NCBI GenBank assembly: GCA_964016885.1
Contig: OZ024743.1
Coordinates: 269,142,001 to 269,206,000, forward strand
Reading direction: 5' to 3'
Length of the DNA stretch: 64,000 nt
Origin: Eledone cirrhosa
Lineage: Eukaryota
Shown: positions 42,255 to 56,530 of the stretch, piece after piece
How positions within the stretch are numbered: position 1 is the first letter of the stretch
Layout: each line of letters opens with the position of its first letter
Position numbers and translations under genes: made by a program
The notes under the pieces: generated by a model
The model's database searches: none
What the model saw: the letters and a program-made list of their open reading frames with translations, nothing else
Told to the model about the DNA's origin: nothing

Positions 42255-42552
42255 GTGCCAAGCTTGCATTGTAAATAATAACAACAATAAAAGTAATAAT
42301 GATAATAACAATAGTAACAATAATTCTGGTGGTGTTCAATCCCCTCACCCCCGGATTAAAAGGTAAGAAAGAAAATTTTGCTTTTCTATCTCTCAAAATT
42401 GGTTGAGTATATAGTTGTGGTTTGTGGGGAGGGATGTCAAATAATGAATAAGGGTGGTGTTGGGGGATGATCAAAGAACTCTAAATATAATATGGTTCGA
42501 TATGTACGTATTGCACACAGATACACACGTCTGAAACCTATCAGATCAAAGG

Positions 42553-42646
<94 letters not shown>

Positions 42647-42759
42647 CTGTGTGTGTATAAATGTATATGCATATATATATGTACGTATATATATATGAAT
42701 GCATATATATACGTACATATGTATATAAAAGTTTATGTATGTATATGTATTTATATATG

Positions 42760-42946
42760 CAGGTAAAATGCCATTATATTGAATACCATTATAACGAATT
42801 TTTCAGTATAACGAAATTCTTTTCAATCCCCGAGGTAATTACAAACAAACGCTCGATCTGATTCCGTCTATCTCATTATAAAGAATTTTTCGTTACAACG
42901 AAGTTTTTTTATACTCCGTGAATTTCGCTATAACGGAATTTCAATG
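42760..42946. mobile_element. pogo/Tigger-type MITE, decayed
   Basis: Left CAGGTAAAATGCCATTATATTGAA versus right TTCGCTATAACGGAATTTCAATG followed by TA; internal TATAACGAA / TTCGTTA subterminal repeats. Confidence 0.7.
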
Positions 42947-42956
42947 TATATATGTA

Positions 42957-43037
<81 letters not shown>

Positions 43038-43974
43038 GGGGGTGGGTCCATGGACAGCCATGATGGAAAGGGATCTCCTTGAGTTGTTCGAGCAACTGAA
43101 CTACCATCACAAAGAACTATAATTATTTTCGCCCCATTCTTTAATTCAGGTCAGGGTTACCCATATGACATATATATTGAAGTGCTTGTCTACTGCTATT
43201 ATCTTCCACTAGTAGTGGTTTGTCGACCTTATTCATTGATGTTACACGTCCATAGCCAAATGATATGGAAGCAGGCATGGTCACGTGACTAAACCTTTTC
43301 ATACCAGACCGCTTAAAACCTCCCTTGGTTCTATTACAACTCATCATTTTAAAGTGTTGATATAGTGCTGTGACAGTTACAAATGTTCGGTGTAGTTGTT
43401 TTTGTTTTTGAGCATACTGTTAGACAAGATAATTCTGCATTACATTTTGTTCGGTAGTAAAACAGGCCTAGTGTTTGAGCGGAGGTTCTCTTCTTAGGTA
43501 TGCTGTTGTAACATGAGATAAAATTTGAAACGCTTGATATTTTGAATCGGACTTCCCATTGTCTGAGAATTAGGATTAGAAGTGTCCTCGTCGTCATTGT
43601 TGTTGTGGCCGCTGTTGCTGTTGTTGTTGCGTTCAGACCTTGAGAAGGATCTGCTCCACCAGGTTTAGATACAAACCTGTAATTAAAGGCATTCCAGTTT
43701 TAACATCCTGAATTACATTGTTTAAAATATTCTGCCATATTTGATATATATATATATATATATAACCAACATTAAATTAAGGATGTCATGTCTGAGAAAC
43801 ATGCGCCATACCCTCTGTAGAATAAGATCAAAGATTCTAAGGGATAGATCCGAGCATTTATTAGCGTTCAATTAAAAATCGATTGACATATATATATATT
43901 TAGGTTTGTTGTTGGTTCACCACTGGATAGAACTGGTCATTTATAATATATATATATATATAATAAACACATCA

Positions 43975-44008
43975 AATAATCATATATATATATATATATT
44001 CATATACA

Positions 44009-44059
<51 letters not shown>

Positions 44060-44062
44060 TAT

Positions 44063-44098
<36 letters not shown>

Positions 44099-44101
44099 TA
44101 T

Positions 44102-44147
<46 letters not shown>

Positions 44148-44150
44148 TAT

Positions 44151-44202
<52 letters not shown>

Positions 44203-44330
44203 TATACAATATATATATATATATATATTCATATATACAGTATATATATATATATATATTCATATATACAGTATATATATATATATATATATTCATATAT
44301 ACAGTATATATATATATATATATATTTATT

Positions 44331-44420
<90 letters not shown>

Positions 44421-44440
44421 TACATATATATATTCATACA
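43975..44440. repeat. (TA)n array with TTCATATACA interruptions
   Basis: Direct inspection. Confidence 0.9.
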
Positions 44441-44559
44441 TGATATGATTCCAGTTCCTCAGCGAAATAACAACCCAACCAGGAGCTGGACATATCGGAG
44501 TATTGACGGAGTAAAACACTTTAACAACATGTGTACCTGTCTCTACCACACCAATTCGG

Positions 44560-44614
44560 ACTGCCTGAAGAGGTCACAGCCAATGATGGCTGCCACCGAA
44601 ACATATATAGCAGT
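44560..44614 (+). ncRNA. Type I hammerhead ribozyme
   Basis: ACTGC-CTGAAGA(44565-71)-GGT..CAGCCA atga TGGCTG..ACC-GAA-ACATATAT-A|GCAGT. One mismatch in stem III; AATAAA lies ~8 nt downstream. Confidence 0.8.
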
Positions 44615-44676
44615 ACATCTTTAATAAACGAAGCCAAATTTTAAATATATGACTTAATTACTTTATTTTATATATT

Positions 44677-44726
<50 letters not shown>

Positions 44727-45661
44727 CATACATATTTGTATCGTTGTTGATAGTAAAGTGTTGCGTAATTCAGAATTTCCTGAAAGTTTTTGTAAAACAT
44801 TTCAAGAAAAAACACGGGATTTTGAGATCAGACCTCATCACCTCTTCCATATTTCCTTGGGTTACTTTTCGATCCTAAGCTATACCCACACGAATTGAAT
44901 TACCAGCACACTTTAAAATAAATTAAAATATATATATATTTAGTCGTGAATTTTTCCTTTGCTATGGTACATATTTACAGCTAGGTAGACTGGGTCACTT
45001 GATACGTAAATGTGGATGCCATCGCAAAAATGAGGTAGTAGTGGTGACAAAATCCATTTATTAATGTGTCCGTAACTCCTGAAATCGTAGGAGCCTCTCC
45101 CTCTCCCTCTCCGTGTTAACCGATTTTCCCCAGAGAAATTAACAAACAGTGCAAACTGGGGGGTGGGGGTGAGAAAGGGATAAAGAGGAAGAATCAATAC
45201 TAGTATTGAATTAGTACTTGATTCGTTGACCTCAGCAGGGTTTGAATTCAGAGTGCAGAGAGCCGGGACAAATAGCGGGAACCGTTCCATCCAAAGCTTT
45301 GACAGTTCCACCATGTCTTCCACCTTGCTTACAAAATACAAACCTACCAAATTATCCCCCCCCCCCCCCCCCACACACACACTACTCTCTCCGACCATCA
45401 TATGCCGATCCGAAGTCTTGTTCTTTAGTTTAAGAGGAGCTAATAATGTCGGAGTACATTCTATTTTAACAGAAAAATAAATAAACAGCAAGGACACGGA
45501 ATTTTCTGGTTTTAAAGCATTAAACCTGACGTGTTATATATATATATATATATCATCATCATTTTACGTCCGCTTTTCCCTGCTTGCATATATATATATA
45601 TATATATATAAAGAGACGGTTTTATTCATATATATATAGAGAGAGAGAGACGGTTTTATTC

Positions 45662-45742
<81 letters not shown>

Positions 45743-48700
45743 ATACATACACAATTTTAAATAGAAAGTAAAGAAATACGCAGTTACACAGTTGGTTGGT
45801 TAGTCAGAGTAGGAAGGGCAGTCAACTGTCAAAATAGCAATTGCTAGAAAAAAAAAAAATTCCACCTATGAGAGCATGGGAAAATGGATCTAAAACGTTT
45901 GTGTGTGGGTTGTATATATGTTATATATATATATGGATGTGTGTGTTGTACATATGTATGTGTGTGTGTTGCGTATGTATATATGTCTTTGTGGTATAAA
46001 ACAAAGGAAAACAAAAGAAAGCTGTTTCCACTCAAGGAAACATTGGTAAATTGGATGTAAAATGGTAAGACTATATATAATAGCAATAATTGTATGTTTT
46101 ACAAGTAACTGTCTATGTTTGTTACTATTACTAAACAGTCAAGTGGGAAGCTAGAATTTAACCTACCTCAATGAAATATAGACCACAGTTCTACGAAACT
46201 ACTGAGGATGGTCTGCATTAACATAATCTATTTAGAACTGGAATGGACTTCTGTCGGTTTCGACGATAAGTGTTCCAGTTCGACCAACGGAATAGCTGCC
46301 ACATGAAATTCACCTGTGCGTGGCTGAACATGTCACAGGCACGTGTAACCTTTACGTGTGATATTCAGCATGACACAGCATGTGGCATGGCTAGCTCTAT
46401 GAATTACATGTACAATGCATCCAATGGGCTTGCCTCTACCCAATTTCACTCACTAGGCATATGCCAACACAATGATATGTTAAATGACACTTGCCCAAGA
46501 TGCCACTGAGGGGAGTCAAACCCATGATGCGTTATTGGGCTGGCCTTTTGAACTACAGCTACCGTGCATCCGACTAGCTTCTAATGGTTTCCGTCGAGCT
46601 GCTGCTATTGTGAACTGGAACGGCGTGAATCGAACCCACGACTTTATGGCCGTCAGTCCAACTATCTAACCAAATGGCTATACGTATTTTATTTGTTTAG
46701 AGAATTTGGCATATTTCGTTGGTTAATTTAGTAAGATGTTTACCTGTTGATCCACCTTAGCTTGAGCATATGTTAAGGGGTGAAAGGGAATCAGATGGAC
46801 CAGTTGGTATGGGCCTACCATCCTGAGAGGTCCTACTACTATCAAATTCTTGTTCTTTTATTTTGTTCTATTATATACACTAATGTACGACTGTTTGTAA
46901 CTCATACATAATTAATATATTTAACACTAATTTCTTATTATTATTATGTTTCATTTTTTCTTTTCTTTCTTCGTCTTCCTCCTCTTCTTCGTCCTTCACT
47001 TCTTTTTCTTCTTCTTCTTCTTGGGGGAGTCGTGGAGGAAGAGTCCCCAAGCACGCCTTTTAGAGTGCCCTAACGCTCATTACTGAAACAGTTTATAAAC
47101 ATCTGGCCTGGGCCTTTTTACCTACTGGGGGTGATGTTACATGTTATCTCTGTAGCCCTTATTTCTTATTTTGGGAGCCTACATTTTACATCTGGCTTGG
47201 ACTTATTCTTAGCCTTTTGTAAGGATATATGTGCTATATGCCTATTACCTGCATGCAGATAGTGGTATATTTTAAATCTGGTTTGGGCATACTACCAGCT
47301 TGGGGAAGGGGGAGGACTACATTTTATATCTGGCTTCGGTCTGTTACTTCCTTTGGAAGCCTCCATTTTTCATCCGGCCTGAGTTTATTATCAGCTTTTC
47401 TGGAGTGGGGGTTTATGTTATGTCTAGCTTGGGCCAAGTAATTTCTTTTCACATCCAAAATGTTTGTTTCACAATAGTTAACTTACGGGGTCGATAAAAT
47501 AAAGTACCAGTAATGCACTGGGTAATTGCTGGCCTTGTGCCTAAAGTAGAAACAATTATTTAGTGTTTCTATGGAAACCCGTATTTTTTCAGGACAAGAC
47601 CAAAATACCTTGTTTAGGATTTTTTTTTCTCTTATTGCAAGATGGTTAATTGGCGGAGTCGTTGGTGTTTTGTACAAAATGTCCTACGGGGTTCGATAAA
47701 ATATAGTACCAATCCAATGCGGTTGATTAGCGGGATTTTAAGAGCGTCTGACGAAATACCCTGTGGTATTTGTTCTGGTTGTTTGCATTGTGAGTTCAAA
47801 TCCTGCCATAGCCTGCTTGGGTTATAAATTTAATCTGTCACCATCATTTAGCCCTTGGTTCAGTAGAGTCTTCTCTGTTCCAAGCATTCGGGTTTGACAT
47901 TCCATTTCCGACTACTTTCCCCGTGAAGGCGTTGGACTTACGATCATAACGTCCTGGGTTCGATCTGGTCAAGACGGATTATCTCGCTTTGTAACAACAG
48001 TATAGGACTGCGATTACGGATACTAATGCAGAAGTCTAAAAAAACGCTGCGTGTGGCCTCAAACTACTTTTCTTAACCCGCGGTAAAACAGTACTTTTCG
48101 TGATTAATACTTTCCTAAATCTTATTATTTTCCCCCTGCTTTATTAATATTTACAATGCAATTTATTGTGATTTACCAATGAAATACAATAAAACGGAAT
48201 GCATCAAAAGTGAAAACGGAAAAAAAGGGGAATTTATCAAAAGTAAAAATGGAATTAAGAAACATCTGAAACAGAACATTTGTCCCCTTACACTAATATA
48301 CATATCCCATTTATCATATGTGTAATCATTTGGATGAAATAATACAATAAATAAATAGCAGCCTATCAGCTGTTTGGTCGATTAGCATTATAACTGACGG
48401 AAATCACCCCCACCCTCGCTTTTGGCTCATCGTCACTCTTTCCCAGGACACAATGGCCTTTCTGAGTCCTTGAGTTTTAGATCCCTGTACTAGTATTTCC
48501 TTGTTGACTAAACATTTAGAAGAACCCTTTTATGTATCTTTGTTATGAATTGTTGTTGTTGTTCTGTGACCTTTGTTGTTGCCGTCATCTTTTCTGTTCT
48601 TCTTATTGTTGTCGTTGTTGTTGGCGTCATCCCCTCCGTCGTTGTTTGTGTTGTTATCATTCATTCATGTCCATGACCATCAAACCCCTTCTGCCACCAC

Positions 48701-48890
48701 CACCACCTTCATAATACCAACTATTTATTATTACCACCGCCACCATTATCGTCAACATCACTTTCTCCCTTGTGTTTTCTTATTCCTCCTCTTCCCTATT
48801 GTCTTGCTCTTATATCATTGTGTGTGTATGTATATTGGTGTGGTTGTGTGTGTGTGTATATATATATATGTATGTATATGTATATATATG

Positions 48891-48963
<73 letters not shown>

Positions 48964-49218
48964 GCAGTGCCTTTGCTCACTATAAAAGCTTCACAGCACA
49001 GGCATTGCTTTATATCTGGAGATCTCTCTGCACTTGTCATCACATGGTACCATGGGCCCTGCACTATGTGTCAATAATGGTCACAAGTGTAGTCTTTGTA
49101 CCAGAGTTTTCAAGTCGCTGGCTGGACTAAAAAGTCACATTCGTTCAGCGCATCGGTAGGGGTTCTCCTACATGGATATAAAGTAGTGGCCGTACTCGAA
49201 AACGAGTTGGCAGCCACC

Positions 49219-49261
<43 letters not shown>

Positions 49262-49378
49262 ATGTTAGTGTCTTTGTGTGTGTGTGATGTTAGTGTGTGT
49301 GTGATGTTAGTGTCTTTGTGTGTGTGTGATGTTAGTGTCTTTGTGTGTTTGTGTGTGTGTGTGTGATGTTAGTGTCTT

Positions 49379-49423
<45 letters not shown>

Positions 49424-49980
49424 GTGTGTGTGTGTGTTTGTCGTTTAGATATCTTTTATTTCAGGACGTATGAATTTGCATTTTGCATGATAATGGTGGT
49501 TCTACAATGGGAAGGAGAGAGAGAGAGAGAGAGAGGTGGGGAGGCTTAAATACTCACTCCTGCCATCCCCCTCTCCAAATACCCCAGTTTTCATGAAAAG
49601 TTGAAAAATAAACAATGAGCAATGTTTGTTGCGGAAGAGACAGAAAAATAGACGAAGGTGGGGGGAGAAGAGGTAGGAGGTGTAATGAAGTAATGGGGGG
49701 TACTATGGTGGTGACGGTGATGTAGTGTGGTGATGGGGAAGTAAAATGAGAGGAAGAGGAGAAAAACTAAAGTGAAATATATTGATGAATGAACGGTGGG
49801 AGGTGGGGCAGATGCTGGGGGCTTGTTTTACAAAAAAAAAATGTCAGCGTTTGTAACTTTCATACACTTTCTACGCATTGCTGCGTCTCTCACTGTCTAT
49901 CTCAGTGTGTGTATATATACCATTACATTCACGTTTATAATATATATATATATATTGGGGGGGGGGGGGGTCGATCGACT

Positions 49981-50182
49981 TTCGTCAAATCGGATCTAGG
50001 AAACAATGTTTCCGTTGGTCTTTCCAATTGATAATACTATCTATCGGTCGCAACTCCAGGTAGAAGGAGCAACGTGAAATAAAGTGTCTTGCTCAAGGAC
50101 ATAACGCATCGCCCGGTCCAGGAATCGAACTCACAACCTCAAGATTGTGAATCCAATTCTCTAACCACTCAGCCACACGCCT
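49981..50182 (-). mobile_element. tRNA-derived SINE, well preserved
   Basis: Minus strand: GGCGTGTGGCTGAGTGGTTAG (A box)...GAGTTCGATTCC (B box)...TCCTTGAGCAAGACACTTTATTTCACGTTGCTCC. Confidence 0.85.
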
Positions 50183-50186
50183 TCAC

Positions 50187-50238
<52 letters not shown>

Positions 50239-51020
50239 CGTGCGTGTGAGAGAGAGAGAAATGCTATTTGTTTCGTTCAATAGCCGGCAGCCATTCTGAG
50301 GCACCGCCCTGATTTAGTCGATCATATCAACTCCAGAAGTTATTTTTTCAACCCCGCGCACACACACATGTATATATATATATATCTATATAACGGGCTT
50401 CTGCAGCTTCCCTCTACCAAGTTTCACTCACAACGTATTAATCAACATCATGTTATAGTATAAGATACTTGCTTAAGGTACCACGCAGTGGGACAGAACC
50501 CAGAATCGGGTGGTTGCGAAGCGAACTCCTTAACTTCTCATTCATGTCTCTGTTTTATATATATATGTATATATATGTATGTATATGTATAATATGTCAT
50601 TTTAGTATAGTACTTCACTATTATTTTTGGTAAGGTGAGATAAGCTCTATACACATTACAATCCTCGGTTCATTAGTACGTAGTTTAAAACGGACGATAA
50701 AGTTATCGACTGGTTCAATCGATAACCACAGTAAGGTACTCAATACATAGCAGCAGAGTATAAATATTTTATATATATATATATAAATAATGTGTGCGTA
50801 TGTATTTACGAGCACGTTATATTAAAAAAAGGATTGCTCGAGATTAATCTTCTGTTATGGAGGGCTTTTCTCCCCATAATTTCTTAGTAATCCTTTATAT
50901 TTAGTTAGAAACGGTAGTGTTTCTATATCTTTTAGGCCATGGGCGTGTGTTACCAGCTGGTGTTCTGTTAATTTCATGTCATATGCTGTATTGCAATGTG
51001 TTACGATGACTCCTCCTTGC

Positions 51021-51103
51021 ATGGGGGTCGGCTGGAAATGTATAGGCTGACCAAGATACTCTCATGGAATGACCAAATGAGGTTTATTTTTCAACATAGT
51101 CCT
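51021..51103 (+). mobile_element. Probable mariner-type terminal fragment
   Basis: GGGGGTCGGCTGGAAATG...TTTATTTTTCAACATAGTCC resembles mariner 5' ends; no partner TIR identified. Confidence 0.4.
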
Positions 51104-52550
51104 TGGAAAGAAACAATGCAGTTATTAATAAGAAGAGTCAAATTGCATGCAACGTTTAACAGCTCTAACATCTATCCTTCATAGTCAACCGACCCTCGTA
51201 AATGTATAGTCAACCGACAAGAAAATATTGTACACGTTAATCCAATATATAACTGTTTGAGTTATGGAGTTTAGAGCTCCCAAGTTACAACTCTGACTTC
51301 AGTTACCGACAGCGCGGTATGTTCTTAACAATGACACTTTATTACACGTTTCTCCAGTGTGACACTTTGACACGTTGCTCCAGTATAGCTGGTAAAAAAA
51401 TTGTGTCTGTAATTCAAAGTGCCGACCATGTCATACAAGCTGAATCTCCCTGATAATTACATTATAAGAATATATGTGTCTCTAGTGTGTTTACCCACTT
51501 GAATGTTAATTTGATTGAACAACTGGATTATTCATCGTCGTGACTGAGGGAGGTCCAACGGACGCACACATACAAGCACAAGCACAAATTTACACACATA
51601 CATGCACATCTATGCTGTAACTGAGATACATTAGGTTCTTATAGTGTACAATATATATGATTTATGTATATATACTATTTGCTGCATCTGTTGTCTCTGT
51701 TCTATAGAATAGCCTGCTAATCTATTGAGATATAGTATGTTATACTAATGTTTATTTTACACGTAAATGTTCTTACGTAGAGCTTCTGTAATGGATGAAA
51801 ATTGAAAATCTAAAAGTGCCGTATTTCCTCAATTCTAAAATATAACAAAATTATAAATATAAGAGCCCAAACATAGTTGTTAGTGATTAGATGTTTCGTT
51901 TCTTATTGCTATTTTTATGTCTGAATTATGGACTGAATTTATATTGGGAATGTAAATAGGGAAGTGTGTTTGAGGTCGTTTTTACATCTAACGTCTTGTC
52001 TAGCAGTATTAGCCACAATAAATACGTTATCAACACACTAGGTAAATTAAATTAAATTAAATTTACAGCTCACACTTACGTAGGTGTAGCACACCTCATA
52101 CGAAGTAGTATCTCACGTGAGGTTTCTTATAGGTGTTTTAAATGGTAGGAGACATCAGTGCTATCATGGTGTTGTTACAGCTTACACCTATATTAGATAC
52201 GCGGTTGTATCTAATCTTCTTGTCTGTTTTAATGACAGAGTCTCCAGTCCTATCATCAAAAGCAACGTGAAATGAAGCATATTGTTCAAAAACACAATGT
52301 CATTCGATCCAGAAATTAAATTCTCGAAATTAGGATCACGTGTTCAATAAACACTAGGCCACGCACATTCGCAGGTATTGATGGTGTGATTTGTTTGGGA
52401 ACGATATGGTTTCCCAGGCTAGAAATACATTGAACGCCTTAGCAAAACCATACCCAAATTATTCCGGTGGGTGTATACATTTTCTTGATGACAGCAGAAG
52501 ACCTCACTTTGTGCAAGGCCACCAAGAAGTTATAATAGTTTTATATATAA

Positions 52551-53474
52551 CTAGCAGTAAAGCCCGGCGTTGCTCGGGGTCGCTCAGTAGCTGTGTTAAA
52601 GTTACAATGTTAAGTTTCTTTTTTGGCTTAAAAACTGTAGTGTCTACTGTGCAGACTTGCATGTGGTGTTTTTGATTAATATTCCCTCGACCAACAATAT
52701 GCCTTATGAAGTTAAGAAAACATAACGATAACCCGAATGTTATAACAAAAGAGGATGCTGGGGATAAAAACTGCACTGGTTATTTATTAACAAAGATCGA
52801 AAATGTAAACACTGCAACGCAGAGAAAAACATTAGCGTAACCAAATTATCAGTTATGTCTGTCTGCACGCCTATATCACCTCTCTGCACGACTGTCTGTC
52901 TGCACGCCTATATCACCTCTCTGCACGACTATCTGTCTGCACGCGTATATCACCTCTCTGCGCTACTGTCTGTCTGCACGCGTATATCACCTCTCTGCAC
53001 GACTGTCTGTCTGCACGCCTAACGAAATTTACAGATACATATATTTTAAATAAACTTATATAATTTTTGCTTTTTTTTACGAAATATTTGCTTGTTTTAC
53101 GTAGTCTTTAAATAGACTTGTTTTCAAGTAAAAATATTGTTTTAAAAGGCTTTTAAATGGAAATGAAGCAAAACGGAAGTTGTGTTAATGTCATTTTAAA
53201 CGCTGAGAAAGCCAGCGTAAAACGTAAGACGCTCAATGTAAACAGAACAAAGGGAAATAACTGATCACTTACGCTCAAAAATCGATACATTATATTCGAT
53301 TTCGTCAGATAGGGCGGGTCAATTTGAAATTATTTTTTTTCCGATGTCTTCGCTAGGGCTCAATGTACAAGTATAGCAATTTCGGTGCAATTCCGTGAGA
53401 GATTCTAAGAGGAGATGTGTGCCAAAAATCGATAGACAGACAGACAACCACAGTTTTATATATATATAGATAGA
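52551..53474 (-). mobile_element. Non-autonomous Helitron (~920 bp)
   Basis: Minus strand begins A|TC (at 53474 or 53470) TATATATATATAAAA..GTCTGTCTGTC and ends with hairpin CCCGAGCAACGCCGGG, 8 nt, then CTAG|T. No target-site duplication. Confidence 0.85.
52856..53020. repeat. 37-bp tandem repeat x4.5 inside the Helitron
   Basis: TGTCTGTCTGCACGCCTATATCACCTCTCTGCACGAC. Confidence 0.95.
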
Positions 53475-53775
53475 TGATGGCTTAGTATTTAATGCATTCA
53501 CCTCACTGACGTAAGGTTGTGAGTTTGATTTCAAGTGACGTGTCGTATGTTTTACTTCACATTGCTCCAGTCCACTCAACTAGTAAAAATGAGTTATGCT
53601 TGTGATCAAAAAGTCGGTCTTGTGACACACTGTGTTACACTGAATCCTCCTGAGGATTACGCTAAACATACACATGTCTGTAGCAAGCTCAGCCACTTGT
53701 ACTTAGATTTCAGGAGCAGGCTGATCTGTTGTTCAAATAACTGGAACATCCGCCGTGGGAACTGACGAAGGTCCA
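53475..53775 (+). mobile_element. Decayed SINE
   Basis: TGGCTTAGT...GAGTTTGATTTC...TTCACATTGCTCCAGTCCACTCAACT...CTGAATCCTCCTGAG. Confidence 0.7.
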
Positions 53776-55765
53776 AAACATGTAAGATGTCTGTATACAT
53801 TGTCCAAGAAAATGTTTATAGACAAAATTTACTGGTTGTTGCTGTTGCCCAGCTCAACCTTGTTTCGAGCACTCACTACGACACGAAGTTAGTCAGAGGA
53901 AGAGAGATGAAGGTAGACTCAACGCTAGTGAGATTTGAACTCTGGATGTAGATGTCTTAATGTTTAGCATTTGTGTGTAGTTTGACTCTGGTGTCAACCA
54001 ACACAACTCAGTGTATCGGGGATGACACCTGCCTGCCCATGCACACACACACACACACATTAGTTATATTAGTTTATTGATTATTATTAGTGGAGCTGAT
54101 AGAAGTTGGTGTCAGTGGGAAGGTGGTGGGATTGGCGGTGTTGGTTGTGGGCAGTTGGTATTGTAAAGGTGATGTTGACGGTGGTGGTGGTGATGGTAGT
54201 GTTGGAGGTGGTGGTAATTTTGATGGTGGTGGTTGTGGTAGTGAGCAGTTGGCATTGTTAAAAGTGATACTGAGGGTGGTGGTGGTGGTGGTGGTGGTGA
54301 TGATGGTGTTGACGGTATTTATGGTGGTGGTGGTGGTAGTGATGTTGACTGTGTTTGTGGTGGTGGTGGTGGCAGTGATAGCGGTGGTTTGAGTTTGAAC
54401 TCATTTTGTGGCTGTTTAAATGGCAATTGAAATTAATTAAATAAGTAGGTTTTGGAATTTCTGTCTGTAATAATTTAATATAAGATTTCAAACCAGTGTA
54501 ATGGTCAGTGGTGTTGTTGTTGTTGTTGTTGATGATGGTGGTGGTGGTGGTATTGATGATGAGTTAGTGGTAGTAGTAACAGTCAGTGTTGTTGTTGGTG
54601 GTGATGATGTTGATGATGGTGGTAGTAATGGTCAATGAGCAGAGTAATGGTGGTGTTGTTTTGTTGGTGATAGTGGGGTGTTGTTGCAGGTGGTGTTTGT
54701 GGTGATGGGGTTGGTCGTTTTAATGAACAGTTGGTTCTGTGATGGTAGTATTAGTATTAATAGTAGTAGTAGCAGTAGTGCAATTAGTCATATATTTGAG
54801 GACCTTTTAATGCTTTGTTTATATTTATCCATTAGAGAGAGAAAGAGAGAATCAGTTACTATTTAAGTATTGTATGTATTCATATGATCATATATTTTAT
54901 GACGGCACACTTGGGTAATCGTGATGCTCGTGTGTAACGTTTTCATCACAGACGATTTCTACCTAATTATGTCAGTCACTTTCATCATAAATATTTAAAC
55001 CTAATATAATTGCTAATATGATAAATGGCAAAAAAAAAAAAAAAATGTGAGAGATGACACTAGCACCACCCGAAATCATCGGATAACTATGCACTTATAA
55101 CAAAGTGACACTACAGTTGATTTAAAAAAAAAAAAAAATGAAATTTACAGGTCATATCTATATAAGTTTAGCTGTCCTATGATGTTGCATCTCTTAGGAA
55201 TGTTTATTTTATCATGAAAAGCAACGTGAAATATAACGCCTTATTCAAGAACACAACGCACCACACCGTCTCGGAATCGAAACGATGACCTTGAGTTCAA
55301 CATGCTAACCAATAAGCGACGCACCTTCATCCAATGGATTACTGTACAGTATATAGTTTATGGCGGTGAATTAGCAAAATCGCTATAACGTTAGATAGAA
55401 CGATTCGCAGTATTAGTTTCGGCGTTCTGTACTCAAAGTTCAAATCCCACCGGCATGAAATTTGCCTTCAGTTCGTTTAAGATAAATATATAGTTCCAGG
55501 ATTCGATCCCCCCTCTCTCTCTCGTATACACACACGCACACACTTCGCTCCCTTTCCTTTGAAAGTAATCGGCTATGTACAGATCAGGCGAGGGACGGGC
55601 TCCAGCATGTTTTAAATACCCAAGACACGACGTCCCTACAACTCCAAGTTTTAAGGGTCTGTGACGGAGGGGGGGGGGGGTTATCTAATATAACTGTCAA
55701 TAGGTGGAGGAGTTATGACAACAGCTGGTTGGGAAGAGAATTAGCTGAGATGAAATGTAGCTCGG

Positions 55766-56530
55766 GAAGAGTTTAAGACTGGTTGTCTGTGGGAAATTCT
55801 GTTGATGACCTAGTTTAATCTCATAGCTGAATTTGCTGAAGAATTTTTACAAAACTACCATGGAAACACCTGAAAGTATACCAGGCTAAGATAAGAATTT
55901 CAGTTGGTAGGCAAACAGGAGAGACTCTACTACCATCTTGGTAACGGCAATGCTCAATATACAGAAAAGAAGGTATTAATTCCAATTAATACCTGACATA
56001 AACTATGGTTACGCAAGTTATGGGGAATGACTTTGTAAGTAATATTTGCACAAAGGTACTTAACAAAAAAAGCACGCAATAAATAAATTCTTTAGAATAC
56101 TCTGATGACTTCCTAGAGGTAGATGGCAGCTTCTGTTATTTAGATGACCTAATTAGAATTCAAAGGTGTTTCGAATACATAGTTGCTAGAGTGAGAACTG
56201 GGTGAAGACGTTCAGGGAACTGTTAACACACATGGCAACAGTTTCTCTTTTAGTGGGAAGGACAGAATATATGATGTTTGTGTACGAACTGCGATGTTAC
56301 GAAACTTGAATAATGAATATGAGGGATGTGCAATGGGTGGAAATACATGAGGTGAGCATGCCCAGCTGGATGTGTAGTATAAAATGTACATGCATCGTGG
56401 AGCACAAATCAATTGAGAGAAAAAAATAGGCATAAGAGTGATGTGTATGAGAGATGACTGTGATGATGTGTATGAATGATGACAAGTGGGTAAAAACAGT
56501 ATGTAAGAGGAAATCTTAGGAAGTGGTGAA
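55766..56530 (+). pseudogene. RTE-clade LINE reverse transcriptase C-terminal fragment, heavily decayed
   Basis: Collinear peptides across frameshifts: EEFKTGCLWEIL-(Y)VDDLV (YADD region), LEVDGSFCYLDDLI, IVARVRTG*..FRELL, KDRIYDVCVRTAML, SMPSWMC, LREKIGIR. Confidence 0.8.

Noticed and set aside
44940-45497. 185-aa minus-strand ORF
   Set aside because: It crosses a SINE fragment and poly-C/G runs, with no recognisable domain.
46190-46250. GAAAC...CTGAGGA as a hammerhead
   Set aside because: No consistent three-stem fold was found.
50115-50182. tRNA gene
   Set aside because: A and B boxes are present but continue into a shared SINE body; no acceptor stem. It is a SINE head.
56102-56195. CTGATGA followed by a hairpin, as a hammerhead
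   Set aside because: It lies within the RTE LINE coding remnant (SDDFLEV...), has no properly placed GAAA and no valid stem III.
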